A stretch of 63,954 nt of DNA, filler included, from Reticulomyxa filosa (lineage: Eukaryota > Protista > Foraminifera), in assembly GCA_000512085.1 (NCBI GenBank). It is 17 parts of 17 records of this genome, joined end to end, with 100 filler letters (N's around TTAATTAATTAA, not from the genome) between each part and the next. Parts side by side here need not be neighbours in the genome. Positions count along the whole stretch, not along the records: positions 7,512 to 14,255 come from ASPP01010172.1; positions 14,356 to 18,377 come from ASPP01022331.1; positions 18,478 to 23,562 come from ASPP01000815.1; positions 23,663 to 28,441 come from ASPP01033357.1; 13 more parts are not named here. One strand, given 5' to 3'. Below, piece after piece: positions 10,501-24,099 of the stretch; within the stretch, counting starts at the first letter, position 1, and every line of letters starts with the position of its first letter. The notes under the pieces were generated by a model that did not search any database, was not told the DNA's origin, and was given only the letters and a program-made list of their open reading frames with translations. Both the position numbers and the translations under genes were made by a program.

Positions 10501-13500
10501 TCGTGTATTTACCGCGCCACACTTGAAGGGCTCCAAGCCCAGCAACAAGCTAAACATAAATATCCATACACGCGGATGTGGTTCTAATCGAGGTAGAAGC
10601 AATGCCAATAGTTGAAATCCGCTCATGCTCTTTTTGGTTGTGTTTCGTTAATTTATTTATTATTAGGTTATTTTTTTTTCTTTTTTCTTTTTTTAAAAAA
10701 AAACATACTGAAAAATTATTCATGTAATTATCTACAGTGATCATAATCTTATTCAATACACACAAGGATGCACGATTGACTTGACCGCCCAAAGTAGGAG
10801 ATAGGAATTTTGCAAACCAAAACACGTTTAATTTTTCACACATGTAAGCGAAATGTTTCCCAAACTCGGCATCAATTAACACATTGCCAAATTTGAGAGA
10901 GAGAGTTGATTTTTCAGTTTTGATCATTTCATTTGCTTTGTGTTCACTATGTTGATAATTGCTATTGTTATTGCTGACATTAGCATTGTTATTGTGATCG
11001 TTGGGGTCATAACTGTGATCATGATCACCATGAAAGGGATTATTAAACTCATTTTGGGCGTAAATGACATTATTATGTATGTATACATAAAACATTTTCA
11101 TAAACTCAATAACAATGTCACTATGTTTGATCGGATTTTCCATGCCAGTCCATGTGATTGTCGGTGTCGGAGTGGTATTGCAACTGTTGGAATTGCCATT
11201 CTGAGCATCGTCAAGGCGATTTTGAATTGATTTGTTTTGTTGCATAATCGCTTGTGCCAGCAAGTCGTCTTTGGTCTGAAATTGGGATGTGATCATTTCT
11301 TGTTTCATTTGCTCATCATGTTGTCGATACTCATATTTCAGGTCCACCGCATTATCCACCAAAACCCAGCAATTAAATTCAACTCTTCCTCACGGCAATT
11401 TTCCATAATCAGACGCTCTGCCAATTCAAACATAACCATCTTTATTTTGTTACTGACTTGGCGATGTGCCAAAATGTACAAAATATCGTCCATGGTTTCT
11501 AAATCTCGCAGCCGCATTGCATTCCATTTTCTCATGCTTAACACGGATAAAGCTCTTGCCGGCAAGCCACTGATACGATGAAACTGGTGGGTTTTGTGCA
11601 TGCCCTCCATATTCAAGATCGCAGGTCCATTCAGGGACAAGTCTTTCACCCATGCATACAGTGCAAATTGGATGTCTGTAGACACTTGGCTCCAAATTTC
11701 GTAATCAAAGAGAATATACTTCATTGCTAACGTATTCGCTAGCAATGCCTTTTCTTCGATGTATCGTTCACTTCCGCTCCATGTGCTTTCTTTGGAGTTG
11801 AGGCTTCTTTCGTCCTCTCTTTGCAAATATCGTCTTTCAATGACAATGGGTAGCTCCAACAGAGATAATCCCTTTTGGCGCATTTCGGCATAGTCTAAGC
11901 CCAATGACACATCGTCACCTGCTGCATTTGTTCCACCATGTTCAGCTCCATCTGTACCCAAATTGTTCGCTGATTCACTATTTGAATTGCTTCCATCGTT
12001 GGAATTATGTTTGGCAGAGATGTAACTCAATGGCGACATATCAACGGCCGGTCCATCCATATTTCGAACATGCGCGGAGGAATTATGGCGCAGGAGAGGA
12101 ACAGGATTATTTAAGGGATGCTCTGCTTCGTCCGTGTTCATCAATCTTTGAGCTGCTATGCTCTGCGTCATGGCATAGATTCTCTTTTTATAGGAAGACT
12201 CTGGATTGCCAATGTGATTATACAACGCAATTTCAGGATCACACACGCGCACCTTTCGCGTGTGATTTTCACTTCGTTGAAAGTAGTCTTTCATTACAGG
12301 CGGAATGGTGTTTGTAATCATTGCGATCAACACTGGAATCACGTCTAGCGTTATAAACTCACTTTTTTCTTTCAATATATTCCCCACCATCTCATACCCT
12401 CCAATCCTTGCCATATCCATCAGATTTCTCGGATTATTCGACAAAAACGTCTCCAGCATAGCCAGGTAATCAACCAGTGATTTGGAAGATCGGAGATGGG
12501 ATAAAAACCCAAGCAAATTCTGTTCAATATGTGGTACGTTGTTAACATTATCAGTTCAATTTTGTCTCAAATGTTTTTGAACAAAGGCATTGATAATCAC
12601 ATACACATGTACACATACATATATGTAAATAAAGTATATTTTAATGCATGGTGGTTGTTAAACTTCAATTCCCCCTGCATAACGAATCGCGTCTTCCAAA
12701 GCAATAGGACGAATGGACGTAACTCCCCCTTCCAGATAAGCATAGGGACCTTGCTGAGTGACACAAGCATGTACTCTGTGAGCAGTATTTTTGACAATGC
12801 CACCGGGAGTTTGAAGTTCAGCAACAGCAATTACATCCTGAAGTGGTGAGACTTCATGGCTGTTTCCTTCCCTCAACAAAGGCGACAATTCCTCCACTTC
12901 CAAATCCGTGCATGAAGATTGCAATACTCGACGGGCTTCGATGAATGAATAATAGGCGTGCGGATGAAACGAACAAATAATCGACGGCAACATTTCAATG
13001 CGATTTGGACAATGACTCATTTTCTCTTCTTTTTCTTGGATATAGCTCACCGCTCGAGCATCGTGAAAGACTCCACCGTAGTCACTACCAGCGTCAACGA
13101 TCATGATCACTTGCTTCAACGACAAGACACCCGCAAATACAAAGAACGGACCGATCCACCAAACTAATGACGATGGTAATGTCATGTCTGCGCTGTGATG
13201 ATTCGAATGCTGCTTATCCATGCCAATAGTGAGTCTACAATCGCAATCTTCCAACATAACCCCATACAAAATCCTGAATGAAGTCTTCATTTCATTCCCA
13301 AACATGCTACTGCTCGCTCCGTTGGGACGATTGTCCGAACGCTTATCGGGCTGTTCTTTGTCAAATTTATTCTCGTTTTCTTTTTGTCTTTCTTTATCGT
13401 TGAACACTGTAGTCTCATAAAAATGCTTGGCTTTTATTCCATTGATGTATACCCATATATCCAAACTTGGTTTTGTTTTATATTTCGGACTTGTGGCTGT

Positions 13501-14210
13501 GCTCGCTGTGACGCGAAATGTGACTGCAATATGATACCAACGGTGGCTGGCAAGATTCACATCCCTACAAATCAAACAGTCGGACAAGTCTTCTTCGCTT
13601 CCAAATTTCAAAAGTATGCTTCCATTTTGGCTGTGATAACGCATGTCCAGAATATTCATCGACGTGTCGCTTCTCCACAATGTGCACAATGGTACCTCGG
13701 GCGATTCCTTGCTGCTGCTTCGCAAATTAAACCAAAACGCAAAAGAAAACCCGTCTCCTGGAGCTACGTTGATATGTGATTGCGGTGGCATTTTTATGCA
13801 CGCCAAACGATTGCTAACGCATTCCAATTCAAAGAATGGAAACTTGTGCTCGCCACTCAAAAATTGCATAATTCGGTGATACCTTTCATTGTGCTCACGA
13901 GCCCAAGCAAACATTGTGTTTAGCTCGGCTGGAGACAAACGATGCGTTCCAAGTTCTTTTATATTGTCGTTTGTTTATTTTATCTTTCGTTTCTTCACTT
14001 TGCTCACATCATATATATGTACATATATATGTATGTATTATATATGTATATATGTCGGTTCAACATACCAACAATAAATTGATTTAACATCTTTTGCAAA
14101 GGCGATTTGGTCGGAGAGTTGAGCACTTTGGCATACAAATCAAAGACATGTTGAACAGTTCCTTGCTTTCAAAAAAGAAAGAAAGACAAGGTCAAACCAT
14201 TCAACGCATA
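7537..14210 (-). CDS. Large multi-exon BEACH-family protein (WDFY3/Alfy/Lvs/neurobeachin-like), middle portion only; PH-BEACH-WD40 part lies off-contig
   Basis: ConA/LamG-like segment (GFSFAFWF, HRWYHIAVTF, VYINGIK), YAGGIEV, NNPRNLMDMARIGGYEMVGNILKEK, and the pre-PH motif EGPHRMRKILKR; GT-AG introns (e.g. 10708-10630); homopolymer frameshift near 11362. Confidence 0.75.
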
Positions 14211-14218
14211 CTTTGTTA

Positions 14219-14255
<37 letters not shown>

Positions 14256-14399
14256 NNNNNNNNNNNNNNNNNNNNNNNNNNNNNNNNNNNNNNNNNNNNT
14301 TAATTAATTAANNNNNNNNNNNNNNNNNNNNNNNNNNNNNNNNNNNNNNNNNNNNAGTCACAAACAGATATCTTTTTTATCTCAATTACATAGCTCAGA

Positions 14400-17300
14400 T
14401 TATGTATTTGTTTATGTTTTTTTTTTCCTGTTTATTAAATATTTCTTTTTGATGCTACTACAAATTTCACCACTTCTTGAACAACCTTTAATCTGATGTC
14501 AGGTTTCCATGTAGTCAGTCCTATGAGTAATTCAATCAATTTTAAGTTTCTTTCTTTTAATTCTGGTAACAACAAATTGATGCTTGAATACCATATTTTC
14601 CTGATGGGTTCATAGTATGTACATTTTATCAAAAAATGTTTCAACAGACTCAGTTTCTTGTAGGGACATCTACATTCAGGTACATCTGTTTTTTTGATAA
14701 TATGCATGTATTGGTTCAATCCAACTTTTCCTGTTATTAGTCTACATATAATTTTTCTTTCATGGCTTGTAATCGATAGAGTACAATCTTTTCAAACGAC
14801 TGCGCTTCGATTAACTTCTTCAAAAATTGTTTCTGATATTTGTGTCTTTTCTGTTATGAGCCCTCATTTATCCAGTGATGATTCCATTACATTGCATATA
14901 ATGGAGCCAGTCCTGGCATTTCTGTATTTAATTTTTATATATATTTGTATGCACTTTGTTTAGTATTGCATTAACTGCAACTTTGCAGTCACTTAGAATC
15001 AAAACTCTTTTGCGTTTGCATCTGTACTTTTTCTATTGAGTATTCAATTGCTTTTTTCAGACATTCAATTTTGCATCTGATATTTGTAATTGTATCTTTG
15101 ATTGGATGTTCAATTTCTATCCAATCTGGAATATCAGAATCTTTAATTTTTCTTTCCAACAAAAGAATTTTTGTATTTGCTCTAGCTTTTTCTTGTTTGA
15201 TTCAGCTGCCCTATTTCAGAACTGACACCCATACTCCAATATTGGTTGTACTATTGTTTTATACAGTAAGTTGTATACTGACATACTTGGTCTTATGCCC
15301 ATATGAGCATAGAAAAGTTAGGTATCCAAGATTTCGATAGGCTTTTCCATATATATATTACACGTGTTGTTTATATGTAAGATTGGAGTCCATAATGAGC
15401 CCTAAGTATTTCACTTGCTTTTCTTCTTTAATTAGCAAACCGTCAAGATGTATCTTCAGATGTGGATAATTTTTTTTGTTTTTGGATCGAAATGTGATAC
15501 TTTGTGATTTCTCAAGAGCTAGTAACATTTTCCATTTGCTTCCCCATGAATTGATTTCATCCAAGCTCTGTTGGAGTAATTTCAATTGAATTTCCATTTC
15601 TTTGATATCAGGTTTGTAAATAGATGTCCATAATGCTACGTCGTCTGCAAACATGCCACATTGCATTGGATCTTGTACTAATTCTGTTATGTCATTGATG
15701 TAAAGCAAGAATAGTACTGGCGATATAGCAGATCCTTGTGGCAAACCTATTTCAAATTTTTGTATGCTAGATGTGGTCCCATTTAGTACAACTTGTCCGA
15801 CTCTATCCCTAAGGAAGTTATCAATCCACCAATAAAGTCTTCCTTTGATATTGAATTGAGTTCTCATTTTGAATCGTAGTCCATCTCGCCAGACAATGTC
15901 ATAAGCAGCCGATATATCCATCAAAACAGCATATGTGACTGCGTTTTTATCCATTGATGCGTGTATTGTCTCCAAAATTAGTAGTAATAATTCCGATGTA
16001 TTATGCCAGGATTGAAAACTGGACTGACTGTAATGTAATAATTGGTGTTCGTTAAGGTATTCCATTTACCTCATTCTCATTATGCGGTCAAGTAGCTTTC
16101 CCACGCACGATAGCAAAGATATAAGTCTATAATTTTTGCAAATAGTCTGGTCTTTCTCTGGTTTTGGAATAGGAACTATATTTGCAATTTTCCAGCTTCT
16201 GGGAACGTATCCAGTACGATAACTCCAACTAAATAAAAGTATTAACGACTCAATCATTGCTTGATCTCCATTCTTCAGCATTATATTGTAAATATTATCA
16301 GGACCTTGTGCTTTGTATGGTGATCCTTCTTATTGCGTCAATAATTTCTCCTTCAGTAATATATACTTGATGCCATTCTCCACGCCATATATCAATGTTA
16401 CTTTCAAAATCTATCTCAATTTCTTTCACAGAGCATATAAATCATTGTATGAACTTATATTGTTCTTCTTGGTCTCTTCTCCAGTCATTGCAGTAATTTA
16501 CAAGTGATGGAGAGCATAGTGTTGTGTCGATACTTGATGAGGCTCCATCCTTTAAAAAGGTGGAGTCAAATGGGGAACTGTTTAGTATGTGAATGTTATT
16601 TGACACTATAAATTACAATATAGCTTCTCCAATATCGTCTGTTTTTTGGTCTAACCATGCCGGATGGTGTACGTTCCAATCCAATCCAATTATGATGTTA
16701 TCTGTGTTTGTTTTTGCTAATTGAAGTTCTTTTTGGAATGAGTCGTTGACGTTTTTATTTTGTCTTTCTATGAATGAAAGGTAAATTTTTGTTTTTTGCT
16801 AGTTTCTATATATACTACAAAATATAATTGATTTGCTTTGTCCTGGACATTTTACTTGCACCTAGCAAGATTCATACCCCAATATTTGAAATTTGTTTGG
16901 ATTGCTTAGAAATATTTTTTGTGTTGAATTCATATCCCTTCTACAGATTATTCCTGTTCTACATGACTCACTCCAATATTGGCAATACAGATGCTGAAAG
17001 TAGTGATATGTATTGTTCTTTCAATAGACATACGTGTGGTTGTTTGTAGTGTAAATTTTGTTCTAGTAGCTGTACTTTGGAGTAAAATCTATTTATGTTA
17101 TTTTGGAATATTTGTAGCTGAATCATTGTGATAACTTATTTGGCCCTGTATTTAAAGTGGTTGTGTCATTCTGAAAATGTATATTCCCTAAGTTCTTTAT
17201 TTGTAAATTTTTTTGTTATTCCATTGATACTAACTAGTGTTTCAACAAGTTTAGTCAGATTATTGACTGTTTCTTGTAAAATAAGCATTTGTTCGCGAAG

Positions 17301-18377
17301 TTTTTTAATTTCTTCATTTTGTTTATTGATTTTTCCTTTATCTTCCGTTTTTTGTACCATGCTTATTTTTTATGCTGATTTTGCTGGAATTGATATATTG
17401 TCTTGTGTTTTTCTGTTGTGTCTAGATGTTTCTTGCATTAAAGGATTTTCTTTTTGAGTTGCATTTGAATGTTATTTTTCCCTGATTGTTCATTTTTTTC
17501 TTATTTTGTTTGTTCCCGTTTTGTATATTTAATTCCTATTTTTTCACGTATTTGCTGTGTTTTTGGGCACATTAATGAGTCACTCCGATGCGTTCCTTTG
17601 CAAAGTACGTATCGGTATTTTTTATTGTTTTTCTTGAATTTGCAATTTTCCGATTTATGGTTTTGTTTTCCACAGAATTTGCAAACTTATTTCTTGTTAC
17701 AGTCTTCTTCAATGTGATTCAATCCAAAACATTTTTTTACATTGTCGGAAATATCGTCTTGATCGTCGTCTATTGTTGTCATATATTTCCGGCGTTTTCC
17801 ATTAGTATTTTGACAAGTGGCATTTATTTAAATCTTTCAATTTCTTTAACATTATAGCCATACTGTTTGAGACTGTCCTTAATTGATTCTTCTGTTTCTG
17901 CTCTGTCAACGAATGCACGTCCTTGTACAGGAGTTATTACTAATGTGGGAAAATTTAAACAGAAAAATTGTCTCCTGGTTTTCCCTATTTTGTTGCCAAA
18001 TGTTTTTCTCTGTTATTTCTTTTTTTTTCCGTTTGATCGTGTTTTTCATCACTACACTTTCCGTTGTTATTATATAGAATCAAATTTTGATCTTTTATAT
18101 TTGTGTTTATTTTTTCCAATGGTGGTACATTACCATTTATGCTTTCATCATCACTATCTACATGTCTTCTTCTTTTATTTGGTTTTCTTTTGTATATATG
18201 GTGATATCATGTTGTTTTGCTATTTTGTATGTTTGCTGGTGCTGACGTATTATTATTTCTATGTTGTATTTTCGAATCTGTTTTTCCTGTGTTTTGCAAT
18301 AAGGTGGACATATTCCCTATTGTTCTTATTTAAATACAATTTTAGATTTTCCTTTTTCTTAAATATTTTTCATTGGT
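14400..18377 (-). mobile_element. Decayed non-LTR retrotransposon (LINE): ORF1 with Zn knuckles; ORF2 with APE, RT, RNase H remnant and C-terminal Zn finger
   Basis: ORF1 CKFCGKQNHKSENC with flanking knuckles (~17560-17745); APE start MIQLQIFQNNINRF..VCLLKE (~17126); RT WKIANIVPIPKP, NYRLISLLSCVGKLL, DISAAYD, GLPQGSAISP, FADD; RNase H-like RVLILSDCKVAVNAI (~14960-15010); CRC...HFLIKC; many stops and frameshifts. Confidence 0.9.
15358..16281 (-). pseudogene. Reverse transcriptase domain of the LINE ORF2
   Basis: RT motifs are present but interrupted by a stop at about 16066. Confidence 0.9.
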
Positions 18378-18477
18378 NNNNNNNNNNNNNNNNNNNNNNN
18401 NNNNNNNNNNNNNNNNNNNNNTTAATTAATTAANNNNNNNNNNNNNNNNNNNNNNNNNNNNNNNNNNNNNNNNNNNN

Positions 18478-18656
18478 AAAATATTGAAATAATTAGGAAA
18501 GATGTAATAAAAAACCAAAACGATATTTAAAAAGTACACGATTTGTAGATATTTTTTTAAAAAAAAATTAGGTCTGAATGTTGTTTTTTCATGAAGAAAA
18601 TCAATCATCTCTATAATGTGCCGTTTTAGGTGTCAACTTTACTTTGCATTCTACTG
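18478..18656. mobile_element. MITE terminus (same family as 35211-35605)
   Basis: ...GTGCCGTTTTAGGTGTCAACTTT...CATTCTACTG followed by TA; contig starts inside the element. Confidence 0.75.
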
Positions 18657-21655
18657 TATAAGTTTTTTTGCATTGGACAAACTTGAATATTTAAAAACTT
18701 AGACCAAAAAAGGAAATGTAAATTTAATAGAAAAAATATATTGTATAAATAGTATTAAAATTACTTTGGAAAAGTTATTGTAGAACACAAAATAGTGTTT
18801 ATGTAAAGATTACGCAGTATATGTCTAGCATTGTGTTGTAAATATAAAGAAATTATAAAAAGTAATCGTAAAAAAAAAATTATAGTCGTTTATTGAGCAA
18901 TAATATTCACATGTGCAAATGCATAATATCGTACTTTAGTCTGGACGCAGTAGTCATTATATTGAAGACAATATGCAACACACTACAAGTTCATATAGCA
19001 AAGACTATATCGACAACATCATCACGTTCCAGTACGATTTCAGTTTCATATTTATATAAATACTTTTTAGCTTAGAACTACTTTGCGACAACGATTAGAT
19101 TATTTTTTGTTTATTAAATTATTGTATTGAATGTGAATAAGATATTTCGTTTATATGCTGCGAATATTTCTATAATATTAAAACTGATATGTAAAAAGTT
19201 AAACTTCAGATATGTATATATATATTGGAATATAACTAATTATATTGTGACGAATATATAACAGGAAATGTTTGTGATAGTTCAACAATAAAAAATATTA
19301 AAATTGAGACAATTAAAGTCAGAAAAACGTTTTTAAAATATTGATATCTTTCATAATACGACTATTGAAGCAAAGACTGCAATACAATTGAGAACGAGTG
19401 AATATTGAAACCAAGTGTAGCTCCACCAGTACCAGAAATATGTACTACTTAATATGTATAAACAAAAAATAAAAGTAATAAGTGTTAATGTTGTTTTATC
19501 ATCTGAACAAGAGTATATATTATTAAGTGTCAGAAAGTGTTTATCATGTACTAATATACAATGACTACTATTGTGAAGACCACTAGTGCATGATAAATAA
19601 CATAATATTATATGATGAATTACTAGAGCATAATGCTAGATTTGAAAAAATTCATGTGAAAAGGATAGTATGACTGATTGCATAATAATAGATAGAACAA
19701 CGATTGAATGTTCATTGTGGAAAGTTCTGGTGTAAATAGTGAAGGTAACTGCCGCTATACCCCAATATATAATTTGTGTCTCTTGAACCAAAAAGAATTT
19801 TTTTTCAACTTCAATTTTCACTTATTAGTTTCTAATTTTTTTTTATTGTTTACAAAATATTTTTTTTTGTAATTTTATTGAAATGTCGAACGTTGTGATT
19901 TATGGACAGCCTAATGTCATTTTCTCATATGTTTACCTTATGTTTTTAAAAACTTATACATTATCGTATATATGATAAAACAATACTTTATATGTTATGT
20001 GCTGAGCGAAAGCACTTGGAATTGCACATGTAAGATATTGCTGTTATGGGCAGCATGAGCGCGCACTCAATGCTAATAAGTTGGATCTATATAGAATGTA
20101 GACTTTGGTAAAATAAATCACTACATATATAATCTGTTGACAAGTCCTACTAAATTACACTAAGAATAGTAAATGTTATTTATTTTAAGAAAATGTTCAC
20201 TTGTTCATTAACTTTTCTGTTTTCTTATCTTTATCAGTATGTTATCATTTCATTATTATTTCATTCTTTTGTTTTCTTTTATGACTATTATTCAATAACA
20301 ATATTATTACATTTAGAACTACATCTACATACTTCCTACAAATACTTTATACCTTTTTTCTACTACATAATATATTAGAAAATTATTTAACTAGTTTATA
20401 AACAAACAATAAATCAACAGTTGCTGTACTACATTATCAGTATAAAAATAAGATTAACTATTTTGCAGACGTTGAATTTCTTCTATAAATATTTAATGTA
20501 GTTGAAAAAATAAAAAGTATTTATATATTTACTAATATATAATCAAAATATTTATAAAGTCTAAAAACGCATATTTAATTCATATATACTCACGCTGAAT
20601 GCTATCACATGCTACAGATTATGAAAGCATTATCGCGCTAATATAAAGCAAGAAAAAAGTTATGATTTAAAATTATTTCGCCGTTCGTTAAGCAAAAAGC
20701 TCTAATCGCAAGTAATGTGCAAGCACTTAATGATTACAGCTTCTGCCGAAAGGCAACAGGTTAAAATACTCAAGACGCTTGTTGCAAAAATTGACTATGG
20801 CCGAAATCTCAATGGATAAACAATGTATTACTAGTGAGAAAAAGCTTGGTGGACGCCCTTGTAGGATTCAGCAGTGTGGCGAACGTCTCACTTATATTTA
20901 CAATTCTTAATTAACTTCCTTTATATGTATTTTCTTTTATTTGTATAAATTTAATTTCTTAATCTGGCCAGTCAGTGCTTATTACAAAGGTTTGACTCGT
21001 CATTGCTGGAAACAATCTTAGTAAATAATCTGCTGAGAAATTTGAATAACCTTTAAGAGTTTTTTCGTTAGCATTAGTTTTGTATTTTGTATAATGGAAA
21101 AAAGAAAATGTCAATCATTTTTTTTTCTGCGATAGTCATATCTTGCTTATTCGATCATTTTTCTTCTCTCTATCTGGAGAAAAAAAAAAGACTTGAATTT
21201 TTTATTTTCTGTCTTTTACAATTAAAATTGTGGTTGCATTTCTCGGTGATAGAAATTAAACTTAGTTTAAAAAGAGACTAATAACACATTTCCTTTTTGC
21301 AAAATAAAACAAAAAAAAAGGACCAAAATGAAAGGCGGAGACGATAGCGACAGAAAGAAATGGACAGACTTAAAAAAAAAAATGGTCGACATGTTTTCGC
21401 CCGAATAAGCAACACCACAACAATAGGTGTCCGTAAACAATAAAATTAAAAAATACAATTACTATCCACTTTTAAGGGTATAGGTAAAGAAAAATGAAAT
21501 TAAAAAAACCATGTGAAAACGACATACACTCACACATGGAATACGACACACAGACAACAGAAACAGTAAACCCAATCCATTTTAAAAGGCAAATTTTTTG
21601 TTTTTTTATTGCAAGTTTTATTATGTTTCTTTCAAAAAATAATAATTTTTTTTGT

Positions 21656-22219
21656 CTAATTCCTGGGCATGCCATTCAGAGCTTGGTTCACCTCATTCGC
21701 CATCTCTTGCACATCTACAAAGGTTTTGTTAAGTTTTTGAGCCACATCCACAAGGTCGGTTCCTGCTTTGGCAATGGAAGCCACATCAAGGGGGCTCGGT
21801 TGCTGGTCGAGTTTCACATTTTGTACCACCTTGGCCACGTCATCGACAGTGGTTTGAATGGATTGTGCAGTTTCTTCGATCTCGGTCAGTGTTTCTTGCA
21901 CTTCCGCAATAGCCTCTGCTACGCTCTCAATGTCGGAGAGTGTATGGGGGTTCGGGGATGACTGCCCTTGAAGACTATCTATTGATACTGAGATAGCCGC
22001 CACTTGTATCGACGACTCTCCTTCATTTAATCCTTGCTCACGTATCACTTGACCCGATATGTGCTTTGCACTTTTTTGGTGCCAATACAATATTGCACCA
22101 ATGACCAATCCCAACAATGTCACGGTTAGCAGCCCACACCACACTTTTTTTTTGTTACTGGGCCTTTTTACTGCTTCACCAAACGTTTGGTACTTTGGTG
22201 CCGTTGACTGATTCAGCAT
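21656..22219 (-). CDS. Hypothetical type II single-pass membrane protein with C-terminal helical/coiled-coil region
   Basis: Basic stretch KKK, then TM VWCGLLTVTLLGLVIGAILYW, then heptad-like VAEAIAEVQETLTEIEETAQSIQ; higher GC than flanks. Confidence 0.65.
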   Translation of the reverse strand: MLNQSTAPKYQTFGEAVKRPSNKKKVWCGLLTVTLLGLVIGAILYWHQKSAKHISGQVIREQGLNEGESSIQVAAISVSIDSLQGQSSPNPHTLSDIESVAEAIAEVQETLTEIEETAQSIQTTVDDVAKVVQNVKLDQQPSPLDVASIAKAGTDLVDVAQKLNKTFVDVQEMANEVNQALNGMPRN

Positions 22220-22652
22220 CCCTTTTTTTTGTTTTTGTTTTTTTTTCCCCGGCCAGTTGGTTGTAGCAAAGGGAGAGAACACGCTTTAAGACTGACAAAT
22301 TAAATAATTTTTAAAAACTCTTACAAAACACGTGCATGAAATTAGTGACATTAAATCAAACGAATAAAACTGTTTTTGCTTATTCGAAATATGGTATGTT
22401 CAACTGTTTATAGTGATATGTATTCATTATCCATCTTATTGAACATTGATCTTTTTCTTTATATTCCTTGACCAAAATTTTGCATTTGAAACTGTAAACT
22501 TGGATGAAAAACTAAGTAAAAAGGGTAGGACGAAGAAAGGAAGAAAATTGGATAGCAAGAAAAAGTTTGTCGTAGAAACCTCTATTTCAACATTTTGAAC
22601 AATACAAAAAGGATTAATATCAAAGAAAAAAAACAAAATAAATAACTAGAAC

Positions 22653-23449
22653 ATGGAAGAGAAAACAAGAGAATTTGTAGGCAACCATCGAACGTTGTTG
22701 AAGATAGTTGTGTTAGGAGACTCTGGCGTGGGGAAGACGGCCCTGTTGCATCAGTACGTGGACGGTAAATTTATTCAAACTCACCAAGCGACAATCGGAG
22801 CAGATCTTCTAACAAAGACAGTGGAAGTGGACAACATTACTGTAAGCATGCAAATTTGGGACACAGGTTTATAGTGTTTTTATTGTACCCAAAAGTTCAA
22901 ACCCTTTTTTTTTTTGCCCCTTTTTTTCTTTTTCTTCTCCCCCTCCCCCCCTCCTTCATCCCAAAAAAAAAAACAAAAGTATGACACTCCTAACATAAAA
23001 CCAAAGCTGGCCAAGAACGCTACGACGCGTTGGGAAGTGCATATTACCGTGGCGCGGATGGATGTATCTTTGTATATGACATAACCAACAAATCATCATT
23101 TGAGCATTTGAATCAATGGCGTCAAAATTTCTTGAGCAATGCTGCGGACGAGCACGCACCTGTGTTTAAGTTTTTGCTGTTGGCCAACAAAAGTGATCTG
23201 GCTAATGATGGTCGAAAAGTGACCAGCGAGGAAGGCGAACGTTATGCGCAAAGCAGCGGAATGACCTTTTTTGAAACGAGCGCCAAAAACGGAAACAACG
23301 TCAACCAAGCTTTTGTCGCTTTGATTCGCGACATTGCCAGTGCTGAAGAGGTCGCTTTATATAGCACCGAAGTGGCAGAAAGAATCAAAATGGTTGAACA
23401 AGAAATGGACGGAAAAAACCAAAAACCAAATATGAATTGTGGTTGTTAG
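22653..23449 (+). CDS. RAB7: Rab7-like small GTPase; exons 22653-22866 and 23007-23449
   Basis: [25 protein letters not shown]|GQE joined across a GT-AG intron, [18 protein letters not shown]-terminal CGC prenylation motif. Confidence 0.88.
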
Positions 23450-24099
23450 TCTTTCCATTTTGTCTTGTTTTGTCTTCTTGTCTTGTTTTGTTTGCTCCCT
23501 CAAAAAAATCCTTAGACTCTCTCCTTCACACACACATACTTCAAAAATGGATGACAAAGCTTNNNNNNNNNNNNNNNNNNNNNNNNNNNNNNNNNNNNNN
23601 NNNNNNTTAATTAATTAANNNNNNNNNNNNNNNNNNNNNNNNNNNNNNNNNNNNNNNNNNNNTTTTTTTATATTCTTTAAAAATTTAAATAATTTGTTTG
23701 TGTGTGTGGTATATGTATCACAGGGTCATGGTATTTGCTTTTAAAAAAAAGTGGTAGATGGTGGAGGGAAAAAAATGGATAATAAAAGAGGGGGAAAAAA
23801 GTGATGATGGAAAAAGGGGGAGGTGGAAAAAAAAATTGATAATGGAAAAAAAAGAAAAAAAGTAGAAAAAAAAGATTAAAACTAATAAAAAAGGTAACAA
23901 TAAATGGTGGAAAAAAGTAAAAAAAAATGGTTAAAAAAAAGAAAAAAGAAAGATAGCAAAAGAAGAAAGAAAAGAAAAAATTAAATAATAATTTTTTTGT
24001 TTTTTAATGTTGGAGCAATTGCTCCAAAAATTGTCTATCCAGATGATAGTTAAGTAAAAATAAGTATACTTTTTTTATATTTGACTTGTTAAAATAAAA

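Noticed and set aside
11338-11370. Programmed frameshifting or alternative genetic code (frame breaks in the BEACH gene, and in the PH gene near 45895)
   Set aside because: The breaks fall in homopolymer runs, consistent with sequencing indels; Rab7, CAF1 and Alba translate cleanly with the standard code
17128-18433. Hydrophobic 'membrane protein' ORFs on the + strand
   Set aside because: They are antisense shadows of the A-rich LINE ORF1
20730-20800. Hammerhead ribozyme suggested by the GCC-GAAA-GGC hairpin
   Set aside because: The catalytic core CTGANGA...GAAA is absent around the hairpin
23718-23990. Phe-rich ORF and purine-rich tract
   Set aside because: Low-complexity A/G sequence at a contig edge, probably low quality and non-coding
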